This document shows, one piece after another, positions 28,507 through 36,087 of a stretch of DNA of 64,000 nucleotides. The first letter of the stretch is position 1. Each line of letters begins with the position of its first letter. Origin of the DNA: a virus (Duplodnaviria; Caudoviricetes); IMG/VR virus record IMGVR_UViG_3300045391_001060, positions 3,605 through 67,604 of that record. One strand, given 5' to 3'. Position numbers and translations under genes: made by a program. Below the pieces are notes generated by a model. That model saw only the letters and a list, made by a program, of their open reading frames with translations, did no database searches and was not told the origin of the DNA.

Positions 28507-28902
28507 TCAAACCTGGACGAGACCTCCCGCGTCCATCAGCCTCGCGACGAGCCCGGTAGCTCTCCCCTTCAGCCCCAGAGCTTGCTGGACGACCCTCGTG
28601 GCCTCACCCTTCTGGAAGTCGTCCTTCCCGAAGTGCTTTTCGAGCGCCTTCTGCGCCTCGATAGCTCGCGGCGGAACGTGACGCGAGAGCGGTGCCAGCT
28701 TCACGGTCATCTTCGAGGACCGACGCTTGCTGTGCTTCGTCCGCTTCGGGCTAGTGGACTGCCTTCGTACCGGGGAGGGCCGTGGGCGGTCCTCGTCTGG
28801 AACTACTGTTAGTCCCCCGAGTTTGAGATCGAGAACGGTTAGCTGAGCGACTAACCCCTCCAGCTGTGCGATGTTTTGAACCAAGACGCTTACCTTTATC
28901 AC
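28507..28902 (-). CDS. Basic hypothetical protein, possible DNA-binding C-terminus
   Basis: 131 aa; helical C-terminus ATGLVARLMDAGGL. Confidence 0.45.
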   Translation of the reverse strand: MIKVSVLVQNIAQLEGLVAQLTVLDLKLGGLTVVPDEDRPRPSPVRRQSTSPKRTKHSKRRSSKMTVKLAPLSRHVPPRAIEAQKALEKHFGKDDFQKGEATRVVQQALGLKGRATGLVARLMDAGGLVQV

Positions 28903-29146
28903 GGGCTGTCTCCTTGAGATGTTGGAACTCTACTTCGCGTCCGAGAACGGCGACGACCCGCTGGGAGTAGAGACTCAAGTTCCCCAGCCTGCGGTTCATC
29001 CAGTCCTCGTCCTTATTCAGGGAGATACTACACATGCTACTCCGACAGGGGTCGCAGAGATGTCTTTCCCCGAATCCTGGTCGTCCGCATTCCATCCGGC
29101 ACGGGCCGGTGGACTGCCTGACGTATTTTCTCTTTTTTCTTGCCAT
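28751..29146 (-). CDS. Cys-containing hypothetical protein
   Basis: CRMEC...CDPC, RBS AGGAGG; the 3' end overlaps the next ORF by about 150 nt, so the end is uncertain. Confidence 0.4.
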   Translation of the reverse strand: MARKKRKYVRQSTGPCRMECGRPGFGERHLCDPCRSSMCSISLNKDEDWMNRRLGNLSLYSQRVVAVLGREVEFQHLKETARDKGKRLGSKHRTAGGVSRSANRSRSQTRGTNSSSRRGPPTALPGTKAVH

Positions 29147-29679
29147 TACTTCCCTCCTTTCTTGAGTTTCTTCAGGGCGGCCCTAACAGTCTTCTCGTCG
29201 GTGTAGGGCGCATTGAGTCCCTGGCCTCGGAGGTAACGTCGGAGCTTTGGAGTCGGCAGCTTCCATTCGGCCGCGAGAGCTATTATCAGCTCAGCTCCGG
29301 CGGTCTTCAGGGGTGCCTTCTCGGGTCTGGTTGCTAGCTTGCGCTGCTTGGGAGCTACGGGAAGCGCAACCTTCTTCCCGTTGAGCGAGCGGATCAAGGC
29401 GCGAGCCTCGGGCGTGATGAACTTGCCCGTTTCGAGAATCCGCTTGACGAACTTCGCCGGTGGATAGGGGATACCTAGAGCCTGCCCCATCACATCGGGT
29501 ACGATCCGACTTTTTTCCACTACGTCGATCGGTAGATCGACTGTCCCGATCTCGGCCTCCTTGATGACAACGCAGTGGGCCTTCTTCTCGCCTCGAAAGC
29601 AAAGGGCGGCCTTATTCCCTGCCCACCCGTGCTTCGAGGATCTGTCCGTCGGGATGAACCGGACGAGCATGTTTTCCAT
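29146..29679 (-). CDS. Basic protein with HTH-like C-terminus
   Basis: ELIIALAAEWKLPTPKLRRYLR. Confidence 0.5.
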   Translation of the reverse strand: MENMLVRFIPTDRSSKHGWAGNKAALCFRGEKKAHCVVIKEAEIGTVDLPIDVVEKSRIVPDVMGQALGIPYPPAKFVKRILETGKFITPEARALIRSLNGKKVALPVAPKQRKLATRPEKAPLKTAGAELIIALAAEWKLPTPKLRRYLRGQGLNAPYTDEKTVRAALKKLKKGGK

Positions 29680-29686
29680 TTAATGC

Positions 29687-29902
29687 TCATCCGTTCTTGT
29701 TCACCGCCTTCGGCTCCTTCCGGATCGCGTGCGCTAGCGCCTGCACGTCCGGATCTTCCCGCCGTCGTTCCAAGTTATTCAGCTCGACCTCGATCGTGTC
29801 GATCGAAGCCTCGTCTGAGAGTAACGCTGGTACGATCTCCCTGAGCGCCTTTGTGTGCTTTCGCATCTTCGCGATTCGGCGCTTGAACTCTTTCTCTGAC
29901 AT
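29687..29902 (-). CDS. Hypothetical coiled-coil protein
   Basis: 71 aa, RBS GGAG, just downstream of a promoter-like motif. Confidence 0.5.
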   Translation of the reverse strand: MSEKEFKRRIAKMRKHTKALREIVPALLSDEASIDTIEVELNNLERRREDPDVQALAHAIRKEPKAVNKNG

Positions 29903-29950
29903 CTTACGTCTCCTTCACAGCGCGCAGGAACGTCCCGCGCGGACGACCTT

Positions 29951-29961
29951 AGTATAGCGCG
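29951..29961 (-). promoter_or_regulatory. Promoter-like motif CGCGCTATACT (copy 1)
   Basis: Exact 11-mer also at 46468 and 57231; contains the -10-like TATACT; intergenic. Confidence 0.6.
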
Positions 29962-29987
29962 TCCGCCGCCGTCATTTTGTACATTTT

Positions 29988-30353
29988 TCAGCTACTGGGG
30001 TAGGAGTATTCAGGCGTTCCGTCGGCCGCGAGGAGAGTGAGTAGCACTCCGACCTTCACCAGATCGCGTTGGATCTCGGACTCAGAGGGGTTCTGTGTGT
30101 CCATGTTGTCCACGAGTTTCGTGCTGATCTCGCCGAGAGCGTGAAAAATCTTCTCAAGCAAGTGATCCTGTGGCCCCCGCCATTGCGACAGCTCGAGCCA
30201 GACCTGGGATAGGTACTTGCCCTGCTCAGAAGTTAGACGGGCGTGGGCTCGGTCGCTCGGTTCGGCGCAGACACACAACGAAACGGTTCTACCGCATTCG
30301 GTGCACCTTTCCACTAGGCGCGGATCGAGATACATGCAGGGTCGGGTGGTCAT
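29988..30353 (-). CDS. Hypothetical protein, possibly a degenerate MazG-like helical domain with N-terminal Cys cluster
   Basis: CTEC...CVC; QWRGPQDH...LGE...DLVKVG. Confidence 0.35.
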   Translation of the reverse strand: MTTRPCMYLDPRLVERCTECGRTVSLCVCAEPSDRAHARLTSEQGKYLSQVWLELSQWRGPQDHLLEKIFHALGEISTKLVDNMDTQNPSESEIQRDLVKVGVLLTLLAADGTPEYSYPSS

Positions 30354-30774
30354 GGGGTGTCTCCAGTAGCTGTTTGAGTTTCTTGAGGGACGGCGCGGGG
30401 TCGGTCATGTCGATCGCCAGTTTCGAGAGAAACTGCAGACGGGTAAGCGTTGCACCATTAAACGAGCTGTAGTACTTGCCGGGGATAAACAGAATCAGTT
30501 TCCCGATCCGGGGGACGATCCAAACCGTTCCACCGTAGAGTACATGCTCGCCGATCCAGCGGATCTGGCTCTTGTGGAGGCCGACATCGGGATTGGGAAA
30601 CGGAATCTTGGCGTTCTTCGAGCGGGCGTCCTTCAGCTCGATCCAACCTGTACAACCAGGGACCCGGTAATGAACGTCAGGGGTACCTGGCCCAACCTCA
30701 CCGTTCTCGACGCGGGTGTATTGCCCGCGCGGGCAGTAAGGCTTGAGCCAGGTCCAGAGGTTGGTCTCGGCCAA
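30289..30774 (-). CDS. VRR-NUC / Holliday-junction-resolvase-like PD-(D/E)xK nuclease
   Basis: RVEN...GTPDV...GWIELK. Confidence 0.75.
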   Translation of the reverse strand: MAETNLWTWLKPYCPRGQYTRVENGEVGPGTPDVHYRVPGCTGWIELKDARSKNAKIPFPNPDVGLHKSQIRWIGEHVLYGGTVWIVPRIGKLILFIPGKYYSSFNGATLTRLQFLSKLAIDMTDPAPSLKKLKQLLETPHDHPTLHVSRSAPSGKVHRMR

Positions 30775-30778
30775 CGAA

Positions 30779-31150
30779 CTAGGGCAGGACGACGACCTGA
30801 GACGCCGATCCGGCGCTGGGAGCGGCCGGGAGGTTGGCGTCTACGTGAAGAGTCACCGTCGGTAGAACCAGAATTGACTTCTGGCCGAACGTATCGAACC
30901 ACTCGACTGCGACCGTGTAGTGGTCTCCATCGACGCCGCTGAGCTGGCCGGTGTCGACGACTGTCTCCGCCATCTGCTGATCCGGGGACGGGGTGTACGC
31001 GCCGAGCGTACCGGGACCGTTCCACTTGATTCGCCAGTGGTCGAGCGGGGCCTGGCTTCCGGACGGAACGGGATGGACGACCTTGACTTGGATCTTCATA
31101 CCTGGTAACACCTTTGTGGTTGCGGAACCTACGGATGGGGGCGAGGGCAT
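30779..31150 (-). CDS. Small beta-sandwich (Ig/FN3-like) protein
   Basis: WRIKW...YTVAVEW strand pattern; RBS AGGAGG. Confidence 0.4.
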   Translation of the reverse strand: MPSPPSVGSATTKVLPGMKIQVKVVHPVPSGSQAPLDHWRIKWNGPGTLGAYTPSPDQQMAETVVDTGQLSGVDGDHYTVAVEWFDTFGQKSILVLPTVTLHVDANLPAAPSAGSASQVVVLP

Positions 31151-31158
31151 GGAACCTC

Positions 31159-31347
31159 CTAGCGAATCCTCCCGAAGTGGAAATCAATACCGGGAACGAC
31201 CGCTTGGAGGACCCAGAGAACAAGAATCAGGCAGACGACCGCGACGATGACTTTCTTGACCGTCGCGTCCATCGGGATCAGGGTGGTTACAAGCCAGAGG
31301 ACGAAACCGACCACCGCCAGAACGATGATTAACGAGATCAGGTCCAT
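31159..31347 (-). CDS. Two-TM small membrane protein (resembles the Thivi_2564 family)
   Basis: LISLIIVLAVVGFVLWLV..LIPM...VKKVI..VV..ILVLWVL. Confidence 0.65.
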   Translation of the reverse strand: MDLISLIIVLAVVGFVLWLVTTLIPMDATVKKVIVAVVCLILVLWVLQAVVPGIDFHFGRIR

Positions 31348-31454
31348 GATCTTCTCCTTGGTTGAAAGGGGTCCCGGCTATCACGGGCGGTTTCCCGGCT
31401 TGATTTGCACATGCTCGGACGGTGGGATTCGAGACACCGTCGTCGCAACGCGGA

Positions 31455-31925
31455 CTAGAGACCGAGTGCCTTGCGAGCGTCCTTGAGGGCCTTGGAACCC
31501 TCCTTCCAACGCCAGCGCCCGCCCTCCGGCTTCTCCAGATCGGAGTCGCGGAGCTTGACACGAGCCGACTGGGGCTCGATCTCGGCTTCCGACGCCAGAT
31601 CCTGGAGAGTCACGAAGCCCTCGTCATCGTCGCCGTTCGACTTGGACTTCTTGGCCGACTTGGCCGCCTTGCCCTTGGCGGGCTTGGCTGCCTTCTTGCC
31701 CTTCGACTTGGACTTCGGGGCCGGAGCCTCGTCCTCGTCCTCGTCACCCTCGTCTTCCGCCTCGTCCACCTCTTCGTCGAGATCCTCGTCCTCTTCGTCA
31801 TCGACCTGAGGGGCTGCTTTCTTGGCCATCTTCTTTCTCCTTTTCTTCGCACTTACAACTCTCGGTTCAGGCAGCGGCTTTTTGAGCTCGTCCTTTATGG
31901 CTTCGAGTACCTTTGAGATTTTCAC
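31455..31925 (-). CDS. Acidic/basic low-complexity protein with C-terminal ARVKLR...RW domain
   Basis: Alternative start at 31829; VTLQDLA...PQSARVKLR...GRWRW; paralogous to 53923 and 58690. Confidence 0.6.
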   Translation of the reverse strand: MKISKVLEAIKDELKKPLPEPRVVSAKKRRKKMAKKAAPQVDDEEDEDLDEEVDEAEDEGDEDEDEAPAPKSKSKGKKAAKPAKGKAAKSAKKSKSNGDDDEGFVTLQDLASEAEIEPQSARVKLRDSDLEKPEGGRWRWKEGSKALKDARKALGL

Positions 31926-33309
31926 GCTTTCTTCTCCGTCGGCGGTATCTGTCGATTACCAGGCGGGTGAGATTCTTCTTTCGCTTAACGGCCTGGTATA
32001 TTTGCTCGTCTACGCTCTCGTTCGCCATCAGGTAGATGTACTCTACAACCTTGCTCTTGAACGAGAGAACCCGAAACTTAGCCTGCTCGTGGGCGATATT
32101 ACTATGGTTCCAGCTATACATGATAAACGTCTTGGCCTTAGCGAGATCCACCGCCTCGCCGGACTTTACCTGCATCACTATCGCGTCGGTATCGAAGGTG
32201 CCGTCGAAGTACTCTTGGCCGTCCAGTCTCTTCCACGACCTACCGAGCCGTTCGAGCTGACGCCCGATAATGTCAACTTCGTGGGTATACTGAACACAGA
32301 CGACAAACTTCTTGCCTTTGGGAAACCGTTTTACGACCTTGACCAATTCTAATAGCTTTTCCCGTCCAACAGGAATGATTGTTTTGAAAAATTTCGGTTT
32401 TCCCCTAGGAGTAAGTACGGGGAGCCCGTCCCGGTTAAAGACCTGTTCCTTGTGGATCAGGAAGCCGCCGGTGAGTTGTTGGAGCTTCGACACCAACGTG
32501 ACTACGAGCGGCGTGCTGACTTTCTTGCGGTTCACCTCGCTCTCTAGCTCCGTTTCTAGCTCGTTGTAGACCCTCCGGGTATCCGCCTTAAGGTCGAACC
32601 GGACAACGCGCCTCTTGACGAGGTACGGTCGGCGGCCGGATAGCTTCTGCGCCTCCTTTAGAGTTACACGATAGCTGTACTTCCCGATGATCCGCGAGAG
32701 CCGCTTGGTGTTGCGGTATCCTGTGATGACTTTATAGAACCGCTGTTGCTTCTCGTTCTTCTTGGTATCGAACTTCAGATACTCGTCTGAGAACTCGTCC
32801 CAGGTATCGCCGAGCGCGCCCGGCTGGACGAAATCCATGATGGCCCAGGAGTCCTCGAACACCTTATCAACGGGCGTGCCCGTAAGCAACAACCTGTACT
32901 CCGAGACCTTGCCGACGCTCCTGAGCATCTGCGATTGCATCGAGCCCCGGCCTTTGATCCGGTGGCCCTCGTCTACGACGATCATAACGGTCTGGTCGGC
33001 CCAGGTCTCTCGAAATCGTTTGCGCCACCAGCGACGATCTTTCGGGGATCGACACATGGCTTCGTAGTGAACGATAGCCTTCTGGCACGGCCAGTCGAAG
33101 CGCAGATGCTCTTTCATCTGCTCTCTCCAGACGCGAATGGCTTTCTTCGGGCAAACGATTACGAGAACATCGGGCTTGCGAGCGTCGGCGACCGATAGGG
33201 CTATCAGGCACTTGCCGACCCTCTGCTCGGGAAGTAAAGCGAAGCCCGGATGAGCCAGTGCTCGGGTCCGGGCTTCAACTTGATCAGGACGAAGAGTCGT
33301 CAGGATCAC
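31867..33309 (-). CDS. SNF2-family helicase
   Basis: EQRVGKC, VDEGH, LTGTP, SKLQQL motifs. Confidence 0.8.
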   Translation of the reverse strand: MILTTLRPDQVEARTRALAHPGFALLPEQRVGKCLIALSVADARKPDVLVIVCPKKAIRVWREQMKEHLRFDWPCQKAIVHYEAMCRSPKDRRWWRKRFRETWADQTVMIVVDEGHRIKGRGSMQSQMLRSVGKVSEYRLLLTGTPVDKVFEDSWAIMDFVQPGALGDTWDEFSDEYLKFDTKKNEKQQRFYKVITGYRNTKRLSRIIGKYSYRVTLKEAQKLSGRRPYLVKRRVVRFDLKADTRRVYNELETELESEVNRKKVSTPLVVTLVSKLQQLTGGFLIHKEQVFNRDGLPVLTPRGKPKFFKTIIPVGREKLLELVKVVKRFPKGKKFVVCVQYTHEVDIIGRQLERLGRSWKRLDGQEYFDGTFDTDAIVMQVKSGEAVDLAKAKTFIMYSWNHSNIAHEQAKFRVLSFKSKVVEYIYLMANESVDEQIYQAVKRKKNLTRLVIDRYRRRRRKRENLKGTRSHKGRAQKAAA

Positions 33310-33312
33310 GGA

Positions 33313-34227
33313 TCAGACGAGTGCGATCTCGTCCTCTTCCAGCTCCCACTCGACGCCCTTGGCGTCTTCGACGAAGATGGTGTCGCCGTCGATCGACGTA
33401 ATCACGCCCTTCTTGGCGCGACCCTTGTCGTCCTCGAACGCCACCTTCACTCCGGCGCGGAGCTTGGACTTGGTCTTCTTGGAGGTTTTCTTCTTGGACT
33501 TGGGAGCTTCGTCCTCGTCATCCTCGTCGTCTTCCTCCTCGTCATCCTCATCCTCTTCCTCGTCGTCTGACTCCTCTTCTTCGTCATCATCATCGGAGTC
33601 ATCGTCGTCGTCCTCGTCCTCCTCTTCTTCATCGTCGTCGTCCTTGACGGGACGCTTCTTGGAGGCGGCCTTCTTGCTCTTCTTGGGTGGCTCGTCCTCT
33701 TCTTCGTCTTCGTCCTCGTCTTCGTCCTCTTCTTCATCCTCCTCTTCGTCTTCGTCCTCTTCATCGTCCTCGTCATCGTCATCCGACTCCGTGTCGTCAT
33801 CGGACACCTCGCCAGACGGCAGATACGCGGTGATCTTCGGGCGATCCTTGCCCTCGTACTCCTCGTTGGTGACTTCCACGTCGAACTCGAGGTCCACCAG
33901 GTCGTCCTCGGAGATCGTCATGTCGTCCTCTGGCACTTCGACCCCGGCCGCTTCGAGCAGACTCCGGAGCTTCCAGAGAGCATTCGGCGTCGTGACCAGG
34001 TGGTCGAAGATTGTCGCCTTCAGCTTACCCCGAGTGACTTCGAGTTTCAACGTGAACATCTCGTTCCCGTTGGACGACTCCCCCAGCTCGGCTTCGACCA
34101 CGCGAGCGTGTGCCGGGCCGTCGGGCATCGTTCGCCCGCCGGACTCCACGTCCTTCATACTGACGGTGACCGAGCCTGACTTCTTTTTCTTCTTGCCCTT
34201 AACGGGCTTTGCGGAGCTTCTTGCCAT
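33313..34227 (-). CDS. ssDNA-binding-like protein (DUF669 type) with long acidic tract and C-terminal SH3/KOW-like domain
   Basis: ESSNGNEM...LWKL...EEYEGKDRPKI; about 100 aa rich in D/E; next to the AAA ATPase. Confidence 0.65.
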   Translation of the reverse strand: MARSSAKPVKGKKKKKSGSVTVSMKDVESGGRTMPDGPAHARVVEAELGESSNGNEMFTLKLEVTRGKLKATIFDHLVTTPNALWKLRSLLEAAGVEVPEDDMTISEDDLVDLEFDVEVTNEEYEGKDRPKITAYLPSGEVSDDDTESDDDDEDDEEDEDEEEDEEEDEDEDEDEEEDEPPKKSKKAASKKRPVKDDDDEEEEDEDDDDDSDDDDEEEESDDEEEDEDDEEEDDEDDEDEAPKSKKKTSKKTKSKLRAGVKVAFEDDKGRAKKGVITSIDGDTIFVEDAKGVEWELEEDEIALV

Positions 34228-35077
34228 TTACTTTCTCCTTCTTTGCAACGTTGCTTTTGATGATCTCACCGGACTCAATGGCCACTAGTTTCCGGTAAGA
34301 GGGATCGACGATGAACTCTGGCAGCCTTCCGGCGTCCGGAGGTCGTCGAATCTTGGTTACGTAATTCGGGTGAGGCCCGATACGCATAGCATACTCGATC
34401 CGGCGCTCGGGCTTCTTGCCCATGGTCTTTTTCTTCTCTCTGATGATCCGGATAAAGGTATGCCCGATGATGTCGCAGGCTCCATCGACGTAGGAGCCGA
34501 CGCTGGGTAGGACACGCGCCGAGACCGAGGGGTCGATCTCGTTGTCCTCGTTGTCCCCTTCGCCACCGAACTCGCGCAGGTGGGCAAGGAAGACCACGTT
34601 ATACAGGTCGATAAGCTCGCGGTAGTTACCGAGCCAGGTCTTCATATCACCCGAGAGTTTACCCCACTTCTTGAACCCCTGGAACGGTTCGTCCTCGTCC
34701 ATCCGGAAGTGCTCTCGGACGGCTTTCATGCACAGATCCTGAAGACCTGTGATCTGGTCAAGAACGATCGTCTTGAAGTCCTGCCCGTCTCGGAGCCACC
34801 AGTACAGCTCGATGAAGTCGTCCCAGGTCCGAACCTGTGCGACCTTTACGTCCTTCATCTTCCTGACCGTCTTCAGGCCCTTCTCGTTGTTGATGTCGAG
34901 GAAGAGGATCGGGCCGGGAAACGTCGAGGCTGTCTTGGTCTTTCCCGTTCCGGCCTTCCCGTAGAACATCGCGACATGGTTCTCCTGGAGGTCGGCGACG
35001 CTCTGGATACCGGCGACCACAGCGGGGATCTTGACCCGCTTCGCGCGCTGTTTGAATTTACTCGAAATCTTCGCCAT
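34199..35077 (-). CDS. AAA_24 / Sak4-like recombination ATPase
   Basis: YGKAGTGKT, VLDQIT, FLAH motifs. Confidence 0.8.
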   Translation of the reverse strand: MAKISSKFKQRAKRVKIPAVVAGIQSVADLQENHVAMFYGKAGTGKTKTASTFPGPILFLDINNEKGLKTVRKMKDVKVAQVRTWDDFIELYWWLRDGQDFKTIVLDQITGLQDLCMKAVREHFRMDEDEPFQGFKKWGKLSGDMKTWLGNYRELIDLYNVVFLAHLREFGGEGDNEDNEIDPSVSARVLPSVGSYVDGACDIIGHTFIRIIREKKKTMGKKPERRIEYAMRIGPHPNYVTKIRRPPDAGRLPEFIVDPSYRKLVAIESGEIIKSNVAKKEKVNGKKLRKAR

Positions 35078-36062
35078 TCTTGGAATCTCCTTGGAAGTCT
35101 TCTACCGTGTAATCGCGCTTCCTCACGAAGTCCGCGTCCAGCCCACGAACCTCGGCCTCACAGACAGTCCGATAGTCGCAGGTCTTGCAATTGAATCCAC
35201 TCATGTGCCGGGGAGCGATCTTCTCCTTGCTGAGCGCCTTGAAGATAACCGCGTCGGCTCGCGCGTCCTCCACGACCGTCTGGATCATGCGCTTGGACGG
35301 AGCCGGGAGAGACACGCGCTCAAAGAAAGTGCGCTCCTTGCCTTCCAGGTGTTTGAGGAACGCTCGATAGGGCTTCTCTCGTAGCCCGTTGTCCTGGATT
35401 GCCTGGCGATAGGTATGTGCGTCGGTGTCGATGTTCGCGCGCTTCGATAGCTCGCCGTTTTTCAGAAGGGCCGGGACCGTCGGCGCTTTCATCCGACCGT
35501 AGTCCCAGATGATGCCATCGAGCTGGTCACCCCTCGGGTGCGTCTGGTTCCAGTTCCAGAAGTAAAGCACCGTCTGGATATCCGAGAACCTTTCTTCGGG
35601 GCCGGGCATGACCTTGTGGAACTTGTGATCCATGAGGAACCGGCGGCCAGACTTGTCCTCTACGATCTTGTCGAGCTTCGAGAGCAGGCGGATGTCGGGC
35701 GTCAGGTCGGCGATGATCGCGATCTCGCTCGCGATGTACTTGAGGTTATCGTGCCGATAGCGGCGCAGGTAGCCCTCGAAGATCCGCTCGCAGGTAAGCG
35801 GTACGTCACCGAACTCCTCCTGCTCTTCCCTGAAGAGCCTCTTCCACTCCTTCTTGACTCGTCGCAGGACCTTCCACGGATCGAGGTAGTAGCCGTCGTA
35901 CAGCTTCGCCTTGATGTAGGCGTCGAGCATCTCGTGGAGGATCGTCCCGACGAACGCGGGGCGGCTCGGCCGCTTGCGGCGTAGATGCTCACGGTACCGA
36001 TAATGATGTGCCCTCGGGCACTTCCGGTAGAGCTTGATCTCGCTGTACGAAACGCTTGGCAT
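35058..36062 (-). CDS. Cas4/RecB-like PD-(D/E)xK exonuclease
   Basis: SYS...CPR, GTILHE, KLDKI...LMDHK, C-terminal CxxCxxxxxC. Confidence 0.8.
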   Translation of the reverse strand: MPSVSYSEIKLYRKCPRAHHYRYREHLRRKRPSRPAFVGTILHEMLDAYIKAKLYDGYYLDPWKVLRRVKKEWKRLFREEQEEFGDVPLTCERIFEGYLRRYRHDNLKYIASEIAIIADLTPDIRLLSKLDKIVEDKSGRRFLMDHKFHKVMPGPEERFSDIQTVLYFWNWNQTHPRGDQLDGIIWDYGRMKAPTVPALLKNGELSKRANIDTDAHTYRQAIQDNGLREKPYRAFLKHLEGKERTFFERVSLPAPSKRMIQTVVEDARADAVIFKALSKEKIAPRHMSGFNCKTCDYRTVCEAEVRGLDADFVRKRDYTVEDFQGDSKNGEDFE

Positions 36063-36087
36063 AATTGTTCTCCTGGGATTGCGAAGT

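Noticed and set aside
33490-33800. Possible tandem repeat array or CRISPR-like periodicity
   Set aside because: Only GAC/GAG/GAA codon runs; no constant repeat with unique spacers anywhere in the window
33359-34288. 309-aa poly-Ser ORF on the + strand, and similar ORFs at 331..678 and 31471..31809
   Set aside because: Antisense shadows of acidic D/E tracts on the coding strand
35058-36062. Cas4 as part of a CRISPR-Cas system
   Set aside because: No other cas genes or array; it sits in a standard exonuclease-ATPase-SSB recombination cluster
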